NCBI GenBank assembly: GCA_043228905.1
Contig: JBHGNT010000012.1
Location: forward strand, 5,518,001 to 5,582,000
Reading direction: 5' to 3'
Source: Azolla caroliniana
Taxonomy: Eukaryota; Plantae; Polypodiophyta
DNA length: 64,000 bases
Shown here: positions 26,251 to 39,558 of the stretch, piece after piece
How the letters are laid out: each line of letters opens with the position of its first letter
Position numbering within the stretch: position 1 is the first letter of the stretch
The notes under the pieces: generated by a model
The model's database searches: none
What the model saw: only the letters and a program-made list of their open reading frames with translations
What the model was told of the DNA's origin: nothing
Position numbers and translations under genes: made by a program

Positions 26251-29200
26251 AAATCACATTATGCACTCTCAATTGTGACATTCATTAGTAAAGTTCTTGA
26301 ACATTGAGGATCATCACTCACTTTACATGTATTACATGAAAACGTTATACTTTTGGTCTCATAGGTCATATTTGACCTTCAAAAACGGTAATAAAATCTA
26401 TCTATCTATCTCAATTGTTCCTATTACTATTAAAGTTACATTGAATCACATATGAATGACCCTTTGAACACACCCCAAAAGGTAATAATCGGGAACCTAA
26501 TTGTTGGTACAAGCATGTACATGGACATTTATTGTCTTCTCAACACCAACCTGATACATTTTCTTTACAAAATGGTCATCCGTCATGTACCATAAAATGT
26601 TTTAATGTGAACCATGATATTGTGACATCAACAAACATATGGTAACCTCACACATAATTTGATGGTTGGGAAATATCTACCAATGTTGGTGGCTCAACTC
26701 TATCATATATTGTGTGTATTGTTACAAATATTACACTAGTTTTATTGAAATATGATTGAGATGTCTCACTTGTAATCTGCCTTAGAAATGGACAATCATT
26801 GGGATAAATATGATCATCCCTCTATCTAAATTAGATGACATAAAGATTTCAGGGGCTGGTATTGCCCCTTGTGACTAGTGCGTGTTTATATATAAAAGAT
26901 TGCCCCACTCTCTTGGTCTTTCTAGATATGATTAGGTTCCAATGAGAAAGAAAGGAAGACAGATTGATTTAATCTTTGGGGATTTTGAGGGTAGTTGGTG
27001 ATGTATGTGATTGTACATGCAATGCCTTTTAATGGTCAAATGTGATGGGTAAAAATCTTTAATCGATCTAACCACAAAACATGTAGTGTTGTCTCACATA
27101 GGGAAAGTAATGAAACCACTTATACCAAGTCCATAATAACACCACCAAGAACCTCATAAATTGTAATATGTCGTGAGAATGATCTAGTATGATGCGTGAC
27201 TGGAGAACAAGGATGCCAATGTTCATTACTTGCATTTGAGACATTGTAGTAGACCAATGTCCAACTTAAGCATAATAATAGACCAAAATCCAACCAACAA
27301 ATTGCTTTTGTTAGACCCATTCAATATTCAATTAAGGAACTATCAATAAAGTGATAAATTTTAGACAAGTTCCTCAATGCTTAATAGCAGTTGATGTTAG
27401 AATGTAGAACAATCCAGGAGTGGCGAACCAAGAGAAATTAATTAATGTTGGATCCATGGTCTATGATTAAAACTCATTGGCACCACACCACACTTAGTGC
27501 AAATGCTTTTTCTTAAGGAAATATGTTCCTAAGACAATTTATGATAGACTTCCAAAAGGAAGGCATTTATTTTTTATCTATGATTTTGAGTTTATTTTTT
27601 TCCAAAAGAGAATATACTCCATTAGTTAAAATATACATGAACACGATCCCTTTCTCAGGTAGGCCGTGCCAAGATTATCCTAGCCTACATACGAGATCTC
27701 ACTTATTTATCTTACACTTTTACATATGACTCAAGCCATCCTTTCAGATACATCACCTACCTTCACTATCCCACTTGCCATGTCTTTCACGCCCCTCGTT
27801 CAACTAATTGTGAAAGACTAGACACTTGTGAAAGCAAACAATCTTTCTTTTGAAGAAGAAGATGCTTCGAATTGAGGCGGCTAATAAACTTTGGATTGAT
27901 GCACAAAGGAAAAGTTACAAGTGAACATATCACATAAGAGAGAATACTTTGGATCGATGAGGATAATGCAACGATATGAGGATAATACATATGTGCACAT
28001 ATCAAATGATGAAACTATTATTTGTATGGATGAAAAGAAAGGCATTTTTTATTTTGGCTACAATTATTTCTTAAGATAGTGTCAAATGTGTCTTCTTGTT
28101 CATGTCATTAGTTGTACAACTTGTCAAAGAGTTCATGCACTCAATGCTAATTTTGTTGTTTTTTGAAAATAAAACATTTAAAAAGAATCTTTTTAATCCT
28201 AACACACTCAAAGTCTTAACTTCACTTATTGAAACATTTTATAGTTATGAAAGGGTACTTGTGAAATAGGGCAAGAAATCCTCAAAGCCTTTACTAAATT
28301 TGAGGGAAGGGAATATTCCAATTGTTACCTTTACCTATTATACAAAACGGTATTGTTTGTGATGCAATTGTACTAGCATAGGTTCTAAGGCAATCCAAAT
28401 GTTTTGAGTTGCCAAAACTAGCAATAATAGGTTGTTGGTCAAAGATGGTAGCTAGTCCATGCGCAAGTATGTTTGGCATGTTCTTGTACAAATCTCTTTC
28501 CTTTGCACTCGCGTACCAATTGCACTAGAGGCTCGCAAGAGTGGGATAGACTCCATTTTTTAAAAATACATATATTACTCACAAGGAACAATAATGTGAG
28601 GTAAAGACCCATAAAAAATGAAGGTAAAATGTTTGTAGAGATAGCCTCCTTATGGATATGCACTCATATAATAGAAATGCCACACCTTTGTGTTGTGTGT
28701 ACATGCCCTCATGCAATAGACACATCACACTATTTCTCTTCACATATGATGACAGTATATACATTAGGTGATTGACACCCTTTGGAATCTTCCACAATTG
28801 CCACTTGGCGATTGGGAGGCGTGCTCAAACAATTAGTGATCAAGCTTCCCCTTGTTTGGTTTCATTCCTTGTTGTTTAGGTTCAATTTGTGGAAGATTGA
28901 TGTAGTTATTGATCATGGTGGACCATGGCATTTTGGAACTTTATCCCAATAGTTCTAGCATTCATGTACTGGCTATTATGATGGGGCTTCCGTTGTCATT
29001 CCTTCAATGAGTGTTACATGCCTTTCATTGAGTCCTCGTTCCGTAATTCCATGCTTTTACAATGACTTCACTATATGAGTTCAAAATTAAGGTCACCCTC
29101 ATAAGGAGTAATGATTATGGAGAGTTTGGACAATTCATTATACCAATTTAACAAAGATACCATCCACACAAGGAAAAGATAGTTAACATGGTGTTATTGG

Positions 29201-30514
29201 TAACCTAATAAAACCTTGCAAGCTTTGTCAAATAATATTTCTATGGGACACCATTACCTCACCTTACACGTCAAAGAGTTGACACTTCACAAGACAAAAT
29301 GTCTTGATACAAGAATTGGGAAAACATTGCACAATAGTCGTCTCTCACTTATAAAAAGGGTTCGAACCACGTGGCCAACATAACTTACATTAGACCTTTT
29401 CTATGCATCAAAACGTGAAAGTTAAGAAACAAAGGTAATATGACTAGAGAGAGAATGGGAGAGAATCGAGATAATGACCATATAGTAGCATTCACAAGAA
29501 CAATACATAATAATGTGGTTTGATTGATGATAAACTAATCCATGGTACTCAAATAGGTATCTTGACAGAATGGATATTCTTGGTCTAGATAGGTTGATTG
29601 TGCAATTGATGATAGGAGACACATCTTGATATCGATGTATGTTGCACGTTTGAGCATGAAGCGTTATCTCATTATGTAGCTCAAAGATCATTGGTTGAAC
29701 CCATGCATAGCCTATTGTTATCTCGTGAAATTGTCCCAATTGGATATGCAACCCATGTGGTTATCTAGAGAAACTAGCTTGATTTTATCCCAACGATAGA
29801 GAAGGGATTGTTCTACAGAAACTAGGTTTGAGTTTAATCTAGAGAATGAGAGAAGGCTACATGTTCACTCCCTTACATGGATTTGAATTAAATTGTATGG
29901 GATAACCAAGACATGACTTACCACTACAATTTGTATATTGAATAGAACACAGAAGATGGAAAAGCTAATGCGTATCACTCCGTTGGAAGTTAAATTTGAT
30001 TGAAGACCATCCTTGTACTTGTAAGAGGTTGCTAATATGCATTGAAACTATGTAACTATTGTGTTGGCCTATGCTGTGAACCATCGATGCGCATATTTAT
30101 CTATCGTCTTAACAAAAATAATTGCGATTGTTTGTGAATGTTTGATATGCTTCTCACAAAAATCTCAACAATGCATAGCTATGCTAAATTATCCTCTTTG
30201 GATGCTGATTAGTTTATCGAGTATTATAAGAGTAAAGGACCTTTTTTCGACATAACCAACATTCCTTGTCGGTGTTCATGCTGATCCCTTAGTATAGTGT
30301 ATGACAAGAAAAAACAAATGTATGCGTGTGTGTGTATGCTACAATGCTAAAGATACATAGAGAGAGACAGATAGTATGGAATAAGGTGTAGGCTTGAGCC
30401 AGCCTTTGGACTACTAAAGAATATCATACAAAGTGTGTAGGGCATATGTGTGTGTGCTTGTGTATGCTACAATGCTACATACAATCTGAGTAATTGTGTT
30501 TTGTGTTGGTTGGA

Positions 30515-31852
30515 TCATACAAATGGTGAAGGAAAAGAAAGAGTTGAGGAGAGGCGAGAGAGGTAAGCCATGGCATCGACGAAGGCGAGAGCTATGGTAG
30601 GGCGAAGCTCGGGCTCATTGATAAGAACTAGCTCCTCGAAGAGCGCCTCGAGCTCCTCTTCCTTCCTCATCTTCCCACACACCACCATCTCGGCGATCGA
30701 GGCCGAGAAGTCGGCCAATGGATCCTCGGACACCATGGCCACCCAATCTGCTCGGCATGATGCCAATGATGCCCGATCCGACGATATGCTCAAGGATCCC
30801 TCGGGCTTTTCGCGGACATTGGTTCGCTCGGACATCTTTTCCTTTACATTGTCCCATGATGAGGACCCGACACTCTCGCACTTCCCCCACCACCGCGCAT
30901 TGTCCGAGAGATCTGTCCGGACCACCGTAGCTTCCTCTTCCTCGATAGCATCCCCATCACTGATCCGGCCCGAGATGCTGAACAAGCAGCTGCATCGGTG
31001 CACATTGTTGTGGAAGGAAGATGCGGGCGTGCCATAGTGCTCATCACAAGAAGAGTAGGGGCTACTAGCCATCAATGTGCACCTCCTACTACTACTGCCA
31101 CTACCACCACAACAACTACTAGAAGCACATGTTAACAATATGCTAGCACCACTATTGCTATGGAGACCTTCTTCTTCTTCTTCTTCTTCTTCTTCTTCTT
31201 CGTCTCCTCCTCGGGAATTCGCACTATATAGCGACTCGTCGATTTGCTCGATTGTCCTGCCATTGCTACTTCTATTGAGGCTGCATGTGTCAAGAGAATC
31301 TTGATCTACAAGATGATGGACTCGGAACGAGTCGGTCTGAGGCCGCGAGAAGCAATGCGCTCCCCGGGACACAGAAGGAAGGTGAAGGAAAGATGGCTTT
31401 GAATGATGTGGGAAGGAAGAAGAGGAAGAGGACCTAGATGTGGATGTGGATGTAGAAGATGAAGATATGCATGTGGATGTGGATGTGGATGTGCATGTGG
31501 ATATGCATGTGGATGAAGAGGAAGAATTGGAATGAGGTAGATCAAGTTGGGGCTCGACTAGGTATGGTTGGATTAGGTGGTCGTAGCGTAGAGACTCGGT
31601 CTTGATTGAGCCCCCGCACCGGAGCGCATTGAAGAGAAGCATGGGTGGCGTGGACCTGGAGCGTAAGCAAGAGCCCGATGACGAGTGTTGCTCAGTCGCA
31701 TTTCCGTCAGGTTCCGGCTCGGGGGGCGCATCTTCGGGATGGAGGAACTTTGGGGTCGTGGCCTTCTTGAGCATGCGGAAGAGGACAATCCACACGGGAT
31801 CCACCACCTTGGAGAGCGAGCGTTTGCGAACCTCCATTTCCTTCCCGCCCAT
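30515..31852 (-). CDS. OVATE family protein (OFP)
   Basis: Intronless 445-aa Ser-rich ORF with a C-terminal OVATE domain: VAMVSEDPLADFSASIAEMVV...EELEALFEELVLINEPELRPTIALAFVD. Confidence 0.9.
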   Translation of the reverse strand: MGGKEMEVRKRSLSKVVDPVWIVLFRMLKKATTPKFLHPEDAPPEPEPDGNATEQHSSSGSCLRSRSTPPMLLFNALRCGGSIKTESLRYDHLIQPYLVEPQLDLPHSNSSSSSTCISTCTSTSTSTCISSSSTSTSTSRSSSSSSFPHHSKPSFLHLPSVSRGAHCFSRPQTDSFRVHHLVDQDSLDTCSLNRSSNGRTIEQIDESLYSANSRGGDEEEEEEEEEEEGLHSNSGASILLTCASSSCCGGSGSSSRRCTLMASSPYSSCDEHYGTPASSFHNNVHRCSCLFSISGRISDGDAIEEEEATVVRTDLSDNARWWGKCESVGSSSWDNVKEKMSERTNVREKPEGSLSISSDRASLASCRADWVAMVSEDPLADFSASIAEMVVCGKMRKEEELEALFEELVLINEPELRPTIALAFVDAMAYLSRLSSTLSFPSPFV

Positions 31853-34800
31853 CCCGTAATTCGGCTAGGACAATGTGTTGGAGAAAGGTCACAAAAGAAG
31901 GGGGTTGGGGGGGTGGGGGGGAGGAGAGTTTGGGGATCAAGGACAACAATCCAAGGAGTAGGAGAAGAAGAAGAAGATGGAACCAATGTAGTACACACAA
32001 AGAGAAATTAGATAGATGTATAGATCAATGTATATATATATATGTATTATGTATATAAAGGTAATGTAGATTATATGTATATGTGTGTGTATTTGTTTTT
32101 ATATGTACATAGAGGCTTTGTCTATCATCATTGGTATCCACCCTTATGAAGTGACTTCGAACATCTTATGGACTCTCAATCCTCATGCTTGTTTTTTCTT
32201 CTTTTTTTCCATGGCCCTTTCCCTTCATATCGTCACTCGTCGTCCAACCTCGCCGAAATGACATCAACATCCTTGGCTTCGCAACCAAATAATATTTACT
32301 CCCAAACCCTCTCGAGACCTTCTTGTGTCCCACTCATTTGTACAGTAGATATACTTGTGTGGTGGTTGATGATGATTATGATGTTATATGCTTGTCACTT
32401 TTTCAACTCGGAAAGGAGCATGTATCCATCATATGTATACAAACAAAAGAGGTCACAAAACCAATGTATCTATTTATGGGGAGGTATTTATTATATAGAA
32501 ACAAACCAATGTTTCAATGATGATGCATGGAGGGAGAAAGAGATAGAATGAGAAAGAGATGATGATGATGATGATGATATTTTAACGTCCGCAAAAGCCT
32601 CTAGAGAGAGAGAGAGAGAGAGAATGTGTGTGTGTGTGTGAGTGTAGGTTTGAATACTTGAGAAAAAGTAGCTTGATTAAAACAAAAGCCAATAATTTAA
32701 ACTTAATCTAGATGGATCTACTATATATAAGGGAACAAAACCTAATTGAAATTTACAAAATTGTGATGAAAATCTACAAATTTGTGGTATTATCTCATAG
32801 TTGCATACTTTCTCATGAATGTCGAGGAAACTTGACCTATTAGCAAACAAAGAATTCATGTGTACTATATACGTGCCTTAGTGCATGGTAGAAGATGATC
32901 TGTTTGTCAAAAACGATTATCTGCTTAACTAATAACAATAATTGTGTAAATGAGAAATTCATTCAAACATTATATAAACAATACCAAATAGGCTTGGAAG
33001 GTTTATGCCACAAAGTTTGAATTAGGAGTACATTATTTGGTAATACTTGTATAATGTATGAGAGATAGAGAGAACATTCTCTAGCATTTCATAATGTATG
33101 TGACACACATGTTTTGTGTGTACTAACATTAAGTTGCACGAAAAATGAACCTTGAACCATATGAGAGTAATGACTTTGCATAACAAACCCCAACCTTGTG
33201 AAGCATATAACTATCTATACACGTTATCGTGTTAAGGATAACATAATGCTTTTTACATTCATAGGTGTTATCTCCATATGTTGAGGAAAATGCAACGCAT
33301 AAATCTCTCATTGGTCTTGTTAGTCCAGACAAATGCAAAGATATAGGATACGGAAAGTACATTTAAGAAAGGTAGGCAATGTATGTATGTAAAAAAAGGT
33401 GAATATATGTATGAGACAAGGAAATGGAACAAAAGCACGATATCCCAATCCAAAGGCAAAGTGATACATTAGGTAGAGTGCATTCAACTAGTGTGAGGAG
33501 AGAGTAATCATGAGAATCGAAAGGAATTGTAAAGAAGGCTAGTGCAATTAGGAGATGCATGTAGAGGCATGTGTAATTGAGATAAGGATGGAATGCAAAC
33601 CATAGGATATGTGGGACTAAAAGAGGCAAGAGGTGACATGCGATCATTGGTTGTATTAAACTAGACACTGTAGTTTGATAAGATGGATTGAAGAATGGGA
33701 GGCATTACAATTGGTAAGCATCACTAAGGAGCCATCCAACAAGGTTTTCCCAATATAAAATTCCCTTTCATTAGGTATTATCGGGAAGACTTAGCTTTGC
33801 ATGGAAGGAACAAGAATTGTTGGAGTGCGACACGCCAATAGGAAGAGTTTTGAATGGTGAAATAAAATATGTTTTGACAACTAACACCAAAAGGTTTGAG
33901 TACCAAACAACAAACATTTTTCATTGTAGAGGAAGGAGGGCACAGAAGATCGCAAGGTTTGATTACAAAAGGTTAATACTACGTCAAGATTGGTATGGCG
34001 AATGAACATGCTGATGTTAAGAATGAATTCTCTAGTTTTATCTCACAATTTTCTAAGAACTTACGTGATCTACGTGGCCTTCAAAGAAGATTTTTGAAAA
34101 GAGTGGTAGAATTCAAGACACATTGTAATGATTCTGTGGTAAAATTTTTCCTTACCTTGTGAATAAATTATGATTCCAAAGATCATTAATAAATTTCGAG
34201 CTTACGCACATTATCTACGCATTCGATCTTTGATAACCCTTACTTTTACCGAGCTATCTCCCCCCCCCAAATCAAGTTTTATTTTGGTTAAATGTAATGC
34301 TTGCATTTTTCACATACTCGTTCCATTTGAATAATCGTAGATTTATGTTTTATACACAATTTGCCACCTTTCTCTCTCTCCCTCTCCCCGCGCACACACA
34401 TGTACAATTGAATCCAATGGCATGCCAAAGAAGATTCACATTTAATTTGAATTTCTACCCTCCCTAAAAGTATAAGTTTAATCTTCATAGGGATGATACG
34501 GGGAGGGGATCCTTCAAGGGATTTAATTACTCCTATGCATATGTTTGCATGGTTCTATGATGAAATCCCAATGCTAGTTTTATAAAGAATCTTTAAAAAT
34601 CTAGTTAGCGTTAAAAGATGGAAGGTTTTGTTTTACCAAGTTTTGTTACTCGAGCCAATTAGTTATAAAATTGAACTCATCTTGTATGGCTACATTTACG
34701 TGACGAAAAATTTCTTTTTACAACTAGTTGCAAATGATTATTTCCTTCGAGGTTGTCATCTTTTTACCTTTTGTTGCGACTTGGATATTTTTTGTGTAAC

Positions 34801-37469
34801 GAACACAAACCTATTGCAAATACTAGCTTAGGTTTACAATCTCTTAGAGAAGTGTCTCAGTTCCAAACAGAATTTTTACCAAAAAAGGTGTGCACCTAGG
34901 GTTTCGAGGAGGGGATTTCCGAGGGCAAAGAAACAAAGCACTAGATAATATGTAGCAACTACAAATACATTCATTATATTTAACATTATATGAGCTCTAA
35001 TGAAACAACTCTAACTAAATATTCAAGATAGTCATTGGGGGGTCAAATTTATAACAAAACATAGTTTTGACAATTAAACTCATAAAAAGAAAGGGAATGC
35101 ACATCCATAAAACATCTTGTTGTAGACAAATTCAAAATCCATCCAAACTTTTATAGCTATACAATTCTTTGTTATGTTTTTTGATACTCATAGACTCTAA
35201 TGTCATAGATTGGCCAGATTTGTTCTTTCGACTTTTTCATTTTATTTTACAATCTCTAGACTAATCTCTATTGTGATACCATTTTAGTTGGAATATTCTG
35301 AATCCTCAGCCGAACTTAAAATTTATAGCTTATAGACATCTTTATAGGCTCGTGATAAATCCGGCATTCTATTCTGTGAGGAGATTGATGATATTAATTT
35401 CGTACTTCATAGATTCTCAATTGCTAGAAATCATATGACATCTCATCAACCCCATAAGCTTTAATGTGTAGACAAACATGATACTCAGAAGGTAATAGGA
35501 CTTCAAGTAAAAAGAATCATGGCATCACAAGAAAGATGACGATGAACAATTTAAACAGTTAAACTTGTCCAACTGGAGTATCATGATTCATGACATGTAT
35601 ATAATTGAAATGTTGCGGCTCCTCCCTTAAATGACAAGTATTAAATAGTGTCAAGTTTTAGCACATTTTACAACTCCTTTCCATGTAAAGAAAGTGTTGT
35701 TGTTATTTGAATACACAATTTTGGGGTAACACTGGTGTAAAAAATAACTATTGTATCACATTTTGAATTTTGAATTTAATGATTGCATCCGCCCCTAGAG
35801 ATTTCAACTTTGATAGAGAGGGGTTATAAATGATATTATAAGTTGAAGCATCAATTCGATGTGAATTGTGACGGTAACAAAAAGAGTTACAACTTTGTAA
35901 TTTTGAAAGTAAAATGGGAATTTGGATTCCATATATTAACATCTAACTCCATCTGCTTATCTGAAACTAATAATGATAGTATTGACATATATTCTAGCAA
36001 ATTATGCTTGGAAGACAAAGGAATTTTGAATTTTGAATGCTTTTTTGATTGAACTATTTGGGCTCAAATATAGGTCAAACATCATAACTTTTTTTTTTGT
36101 ATATGGCGTTAATGTTGGTTCTACCCTTGACAATTTCTATAATATCAAAACTCTCCACGGCCAAATCATAGAAAAACCAAATGATGTTTTTTATTAACTA
36201 GGCCTCGATAAAGGCGAACCATGCATGTTATTAGACCATTGAGTGCTACTTGAGGAAAAGTCGAGTAAATCCCTAGAGAACTAGTAGATAATCTTACTTA
36301 TCTTTCAATGCGCGCATGCTCCCAAATCCATTAATAATTGAGGTGGCCCCATTTTCAATATACATATCGTGGTTTTTTTTAATGGAAACCCGGTACAAAG
36401 CAATCACATGACAATCATGGGAAGACCAAACATATAAAGGCTACCAATGCAAGGAGGAACAAAGAGTCCAAGGGATCGTAAGAGACCATAGAGAAAACCA
36501 AAATGATGGTAGAGGAATAGTAGAAATGTGAGAATTGTGTGAGAGCGAATAGCTAATGCCAAGGTGTTTGTAACTAGCCTAATTATTGTTGTAATTAAAA
36601 GAGTTTCATAGAAGAAAATACTTGTTTATAGTCTAACGCTTGTTAATTATGTAAGATGATGATATTTTAGCATCCTCAAAAATCTAGAAACATTATTAAT
36701 TGAACTTGAAAAGAATGTTACAAGATAGTCACCTCTACTATTGGAGAGTGTAGTTACACGTGGTTCATATATTTTTGTAAGTTCATTGTTTCTTCTCCAA
36801 GTGGAGCCAACCACGTTTTACACCTAATGGAAGCTAACAAGAACAAATGATTGGTCAAGGCCAGTTGTAGTTCAACAACTAGGGTTTAGTGGTTATCCAC
36901 ACAATGACTCAAGATATGGAACCCATATAAGATTCCATCATCTTTTACTTGGTATCAACAATTCATTTTTTTACAATTGACTTACCCTAGTGATAAGATA
37001 TTAAGCTTTCAATACAAGGTCTTAGGTTTATATCCTAACTTTTACACATTGTTGTTACAATAAATATCACTTTTCCAAAACTACATGCCACATCATCTCT
37101 CTTTGAATGGAGATCCCCTTGAAGATATCTTCCTCACACAATGAAATTACCATCACTTACTCTCCCTAAATGAACACAAAATCAATCATATAATGATTGG
37201 TTTTATTGTGCTCAAATTATCCATATAAAATATAGGGGTCATACCCTCATAGTTCTATCCCCTTGTATTAACTACAAAGGAAAATAGGGTACTCTAACAT
37301 TCCCTTGGTGTTCCCTATATTCTTGTCACAAAGTATACGGAGGGAAAGAAAAGGTAAGCTTTAGGATGCATTAGAGGGCGGAAAGAGACATGAGGATGGA
37401 AGATCCTTGAACAAATAGGGAAGTAACTCACGTCGTTTACAAATATGGAATTTGCAAATTTTGCAATGC

Positions 37470-38160
37470 GTATGCATGGAATGTGGGCTTTGGCCTAGAT
37501 GAGGTAATCAATGTATTAGATGCTATATTTCTTGTTGAAACTTGTGAGCAATGATACTTCAAGGATTCAAGGTTTCGATAAATATAACGCAAACTCCTTG
37601 ATATGGGCAAAACTTTCAAACAAATGACGAGAGTGGGTGGCATGATTAGAAATTTTATTAAAGATGTTGAGCATAAATGCTACTATGGCGTAAAATAATG
37701 ACACCAGATGACATGTTCACAAGTGTAGTTGAATGGTGTATCCCTCTTCACTATTCTAATTTTAATGATTGCTTAGATAGATACCGATCTATAAAGATGA
37801 AATTTCTTACTTCAAAGGCAAGTGAGTAGTTATTGTCTTTGGTGACATGAACGCGTGTACAATAATTTTGCAACATGATGCACACCAAATTTTCATGAAA
37901 CACATCTCAAGAATGGACAAGGATATACACAAGTATGATCTCTCCTTTGTGGGTGAAAAAGATTGGGATCAATGTGGAAAATGTGCAATAGGACCAAAAT
38001 GTTGATTGCAAATGACGTAGCTTTAGGAAATGATATCAATAATTTTACATGTAGAATGCATAATGGAAATAATGTGGTTGACTATATGGTATTCTCAAAA
38101 GGTATCTTGGATTACATTCATAAACAATTAGACATTAGGACAATATCTTTGTTGTTTCAT
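37470..38160 (+). mobile_element. Degenerate LINE apurinic-endonuclease (EEP) domain remnant
   Basis: Broken frames give YAWNV, DAIFLVET, GDMNA and NFTCRMHNGNNVVDYMV, in the order expected for a LINE APE domain. Confidence 0.65.
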
Positions 38161-39558
38161 TAACTATCAACAAAACGATTAGGTTGACTTCTTGCATTTT
38201 GTGAAGTTTTTGTACAATAACTCAATCCATTCTTCTATTGGAAATACTCTTTTCTTTGCAAACATATAAAATATTGTCCTTGTTAGACAATGCTTGAACA
38301 TCTAGAAATTTATAGGAATGTTGGTACTAACAATAGTATAACACAATCCCAATAAGATGAAATTTGAAGAACACGTTTGCATTCACAAGTGGAAGGATCA
38401 CGCACAAATGGAAGGATAAGGAATATTCCATTTGATTTTAGGGTTTAGTTAACCATTTCACAAAAACACATTGATGCCAATATCACACATTCTCAAAATT
38501 TTGCCGTAAAAGCTTAAAAATCCACCATTTCATAAATCTGAAAATTCACAAAATTTGGGCATGATCCAAAAGTTACATTGTGTATTGTTTTTGTAAAAAC
38601 GACAACTAATGTGTTTTATAACAAACAATCTTTATAAAGAACTACGATAGATTTCAAAATATATCCTTTATATCATTCGAGTTATTACAAGATTAAATTT
38701 GTTACAATTCGATTCCAAAATTACATTCAGGAGTTACTTGTATCACTAAAATCACTCCTTTCATGATCTAGAATCACTATTATAGCTTTAATATACAATG
38801 GTGATGCTTTCTCGTCATCTTCAGATGTACCAATCAAAGCATTGTCTTCATCCAAAACCAAATGGTGTGACTCCAAATTATGTGTATAGGATTTGGTCCA
38901 CCTTCGTTCTAAGACGTGTACCTTGTAGACTTGGTAATTTCTCTTTTATTATGTTTGTTGTTGACTTCCTTAAACGTCCAACTTTTGTCAGTGTAAAGTT
39001 GTACACAATGATATCCACCTCACTAATGTCAAGGGATGATGTGTTACGAATGTTTCTTTTCCTCTGTCTATTTCATCTTGACCTTGGGCATTCCATCATC
39101 TCTAATGTATACTTGCTTGTAAATGCATTTTTGCTTCTAGTGTTGTACCAATGCACCTTTATAGACTATATTTGATTTTGGTTTTCATGAATCACCACGT
39201 TCAAAACTTTACCAATCTAGAATTGGAGCCCCAAGTCATTGTCATCAATAGGTGTAGCAATTAATGTCCATGTTCCAGTGTGTATATGTAGCTAAATTCT
39301 CTCTGAATTCCTCAATGCTGCAAATAATTGTTGAATTACCTTGAATTCTTGCCACCTGGATTCTGTTGCTTTTGTCATCCTTGGTCTAACATAAATGTCT
39401 CTTTGTTGTGAATGGAGCAAGTTGTCATGATTCGCATTAGGTGTAGGAAGTGGCGATTGAGAATCACGAGAGTGTTGTATAGACCACACGTAAATGTCAT
39501 TTGCAAGGTCCAACTACCAGTGACACAATTATTAAGAATTTCTTGTTGACCAGTAAAG

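Noticed and set aside
21000-30200. Short ORFs and probable very old TE debris between PRMT3 and the OVATE gene (also 6540-8550, 33000-37400 and 38800-39550)
   Set aside because: No recognisable motifs, termini or TSDs by eye. A translated HMM search against TE protein profiles would be needed.
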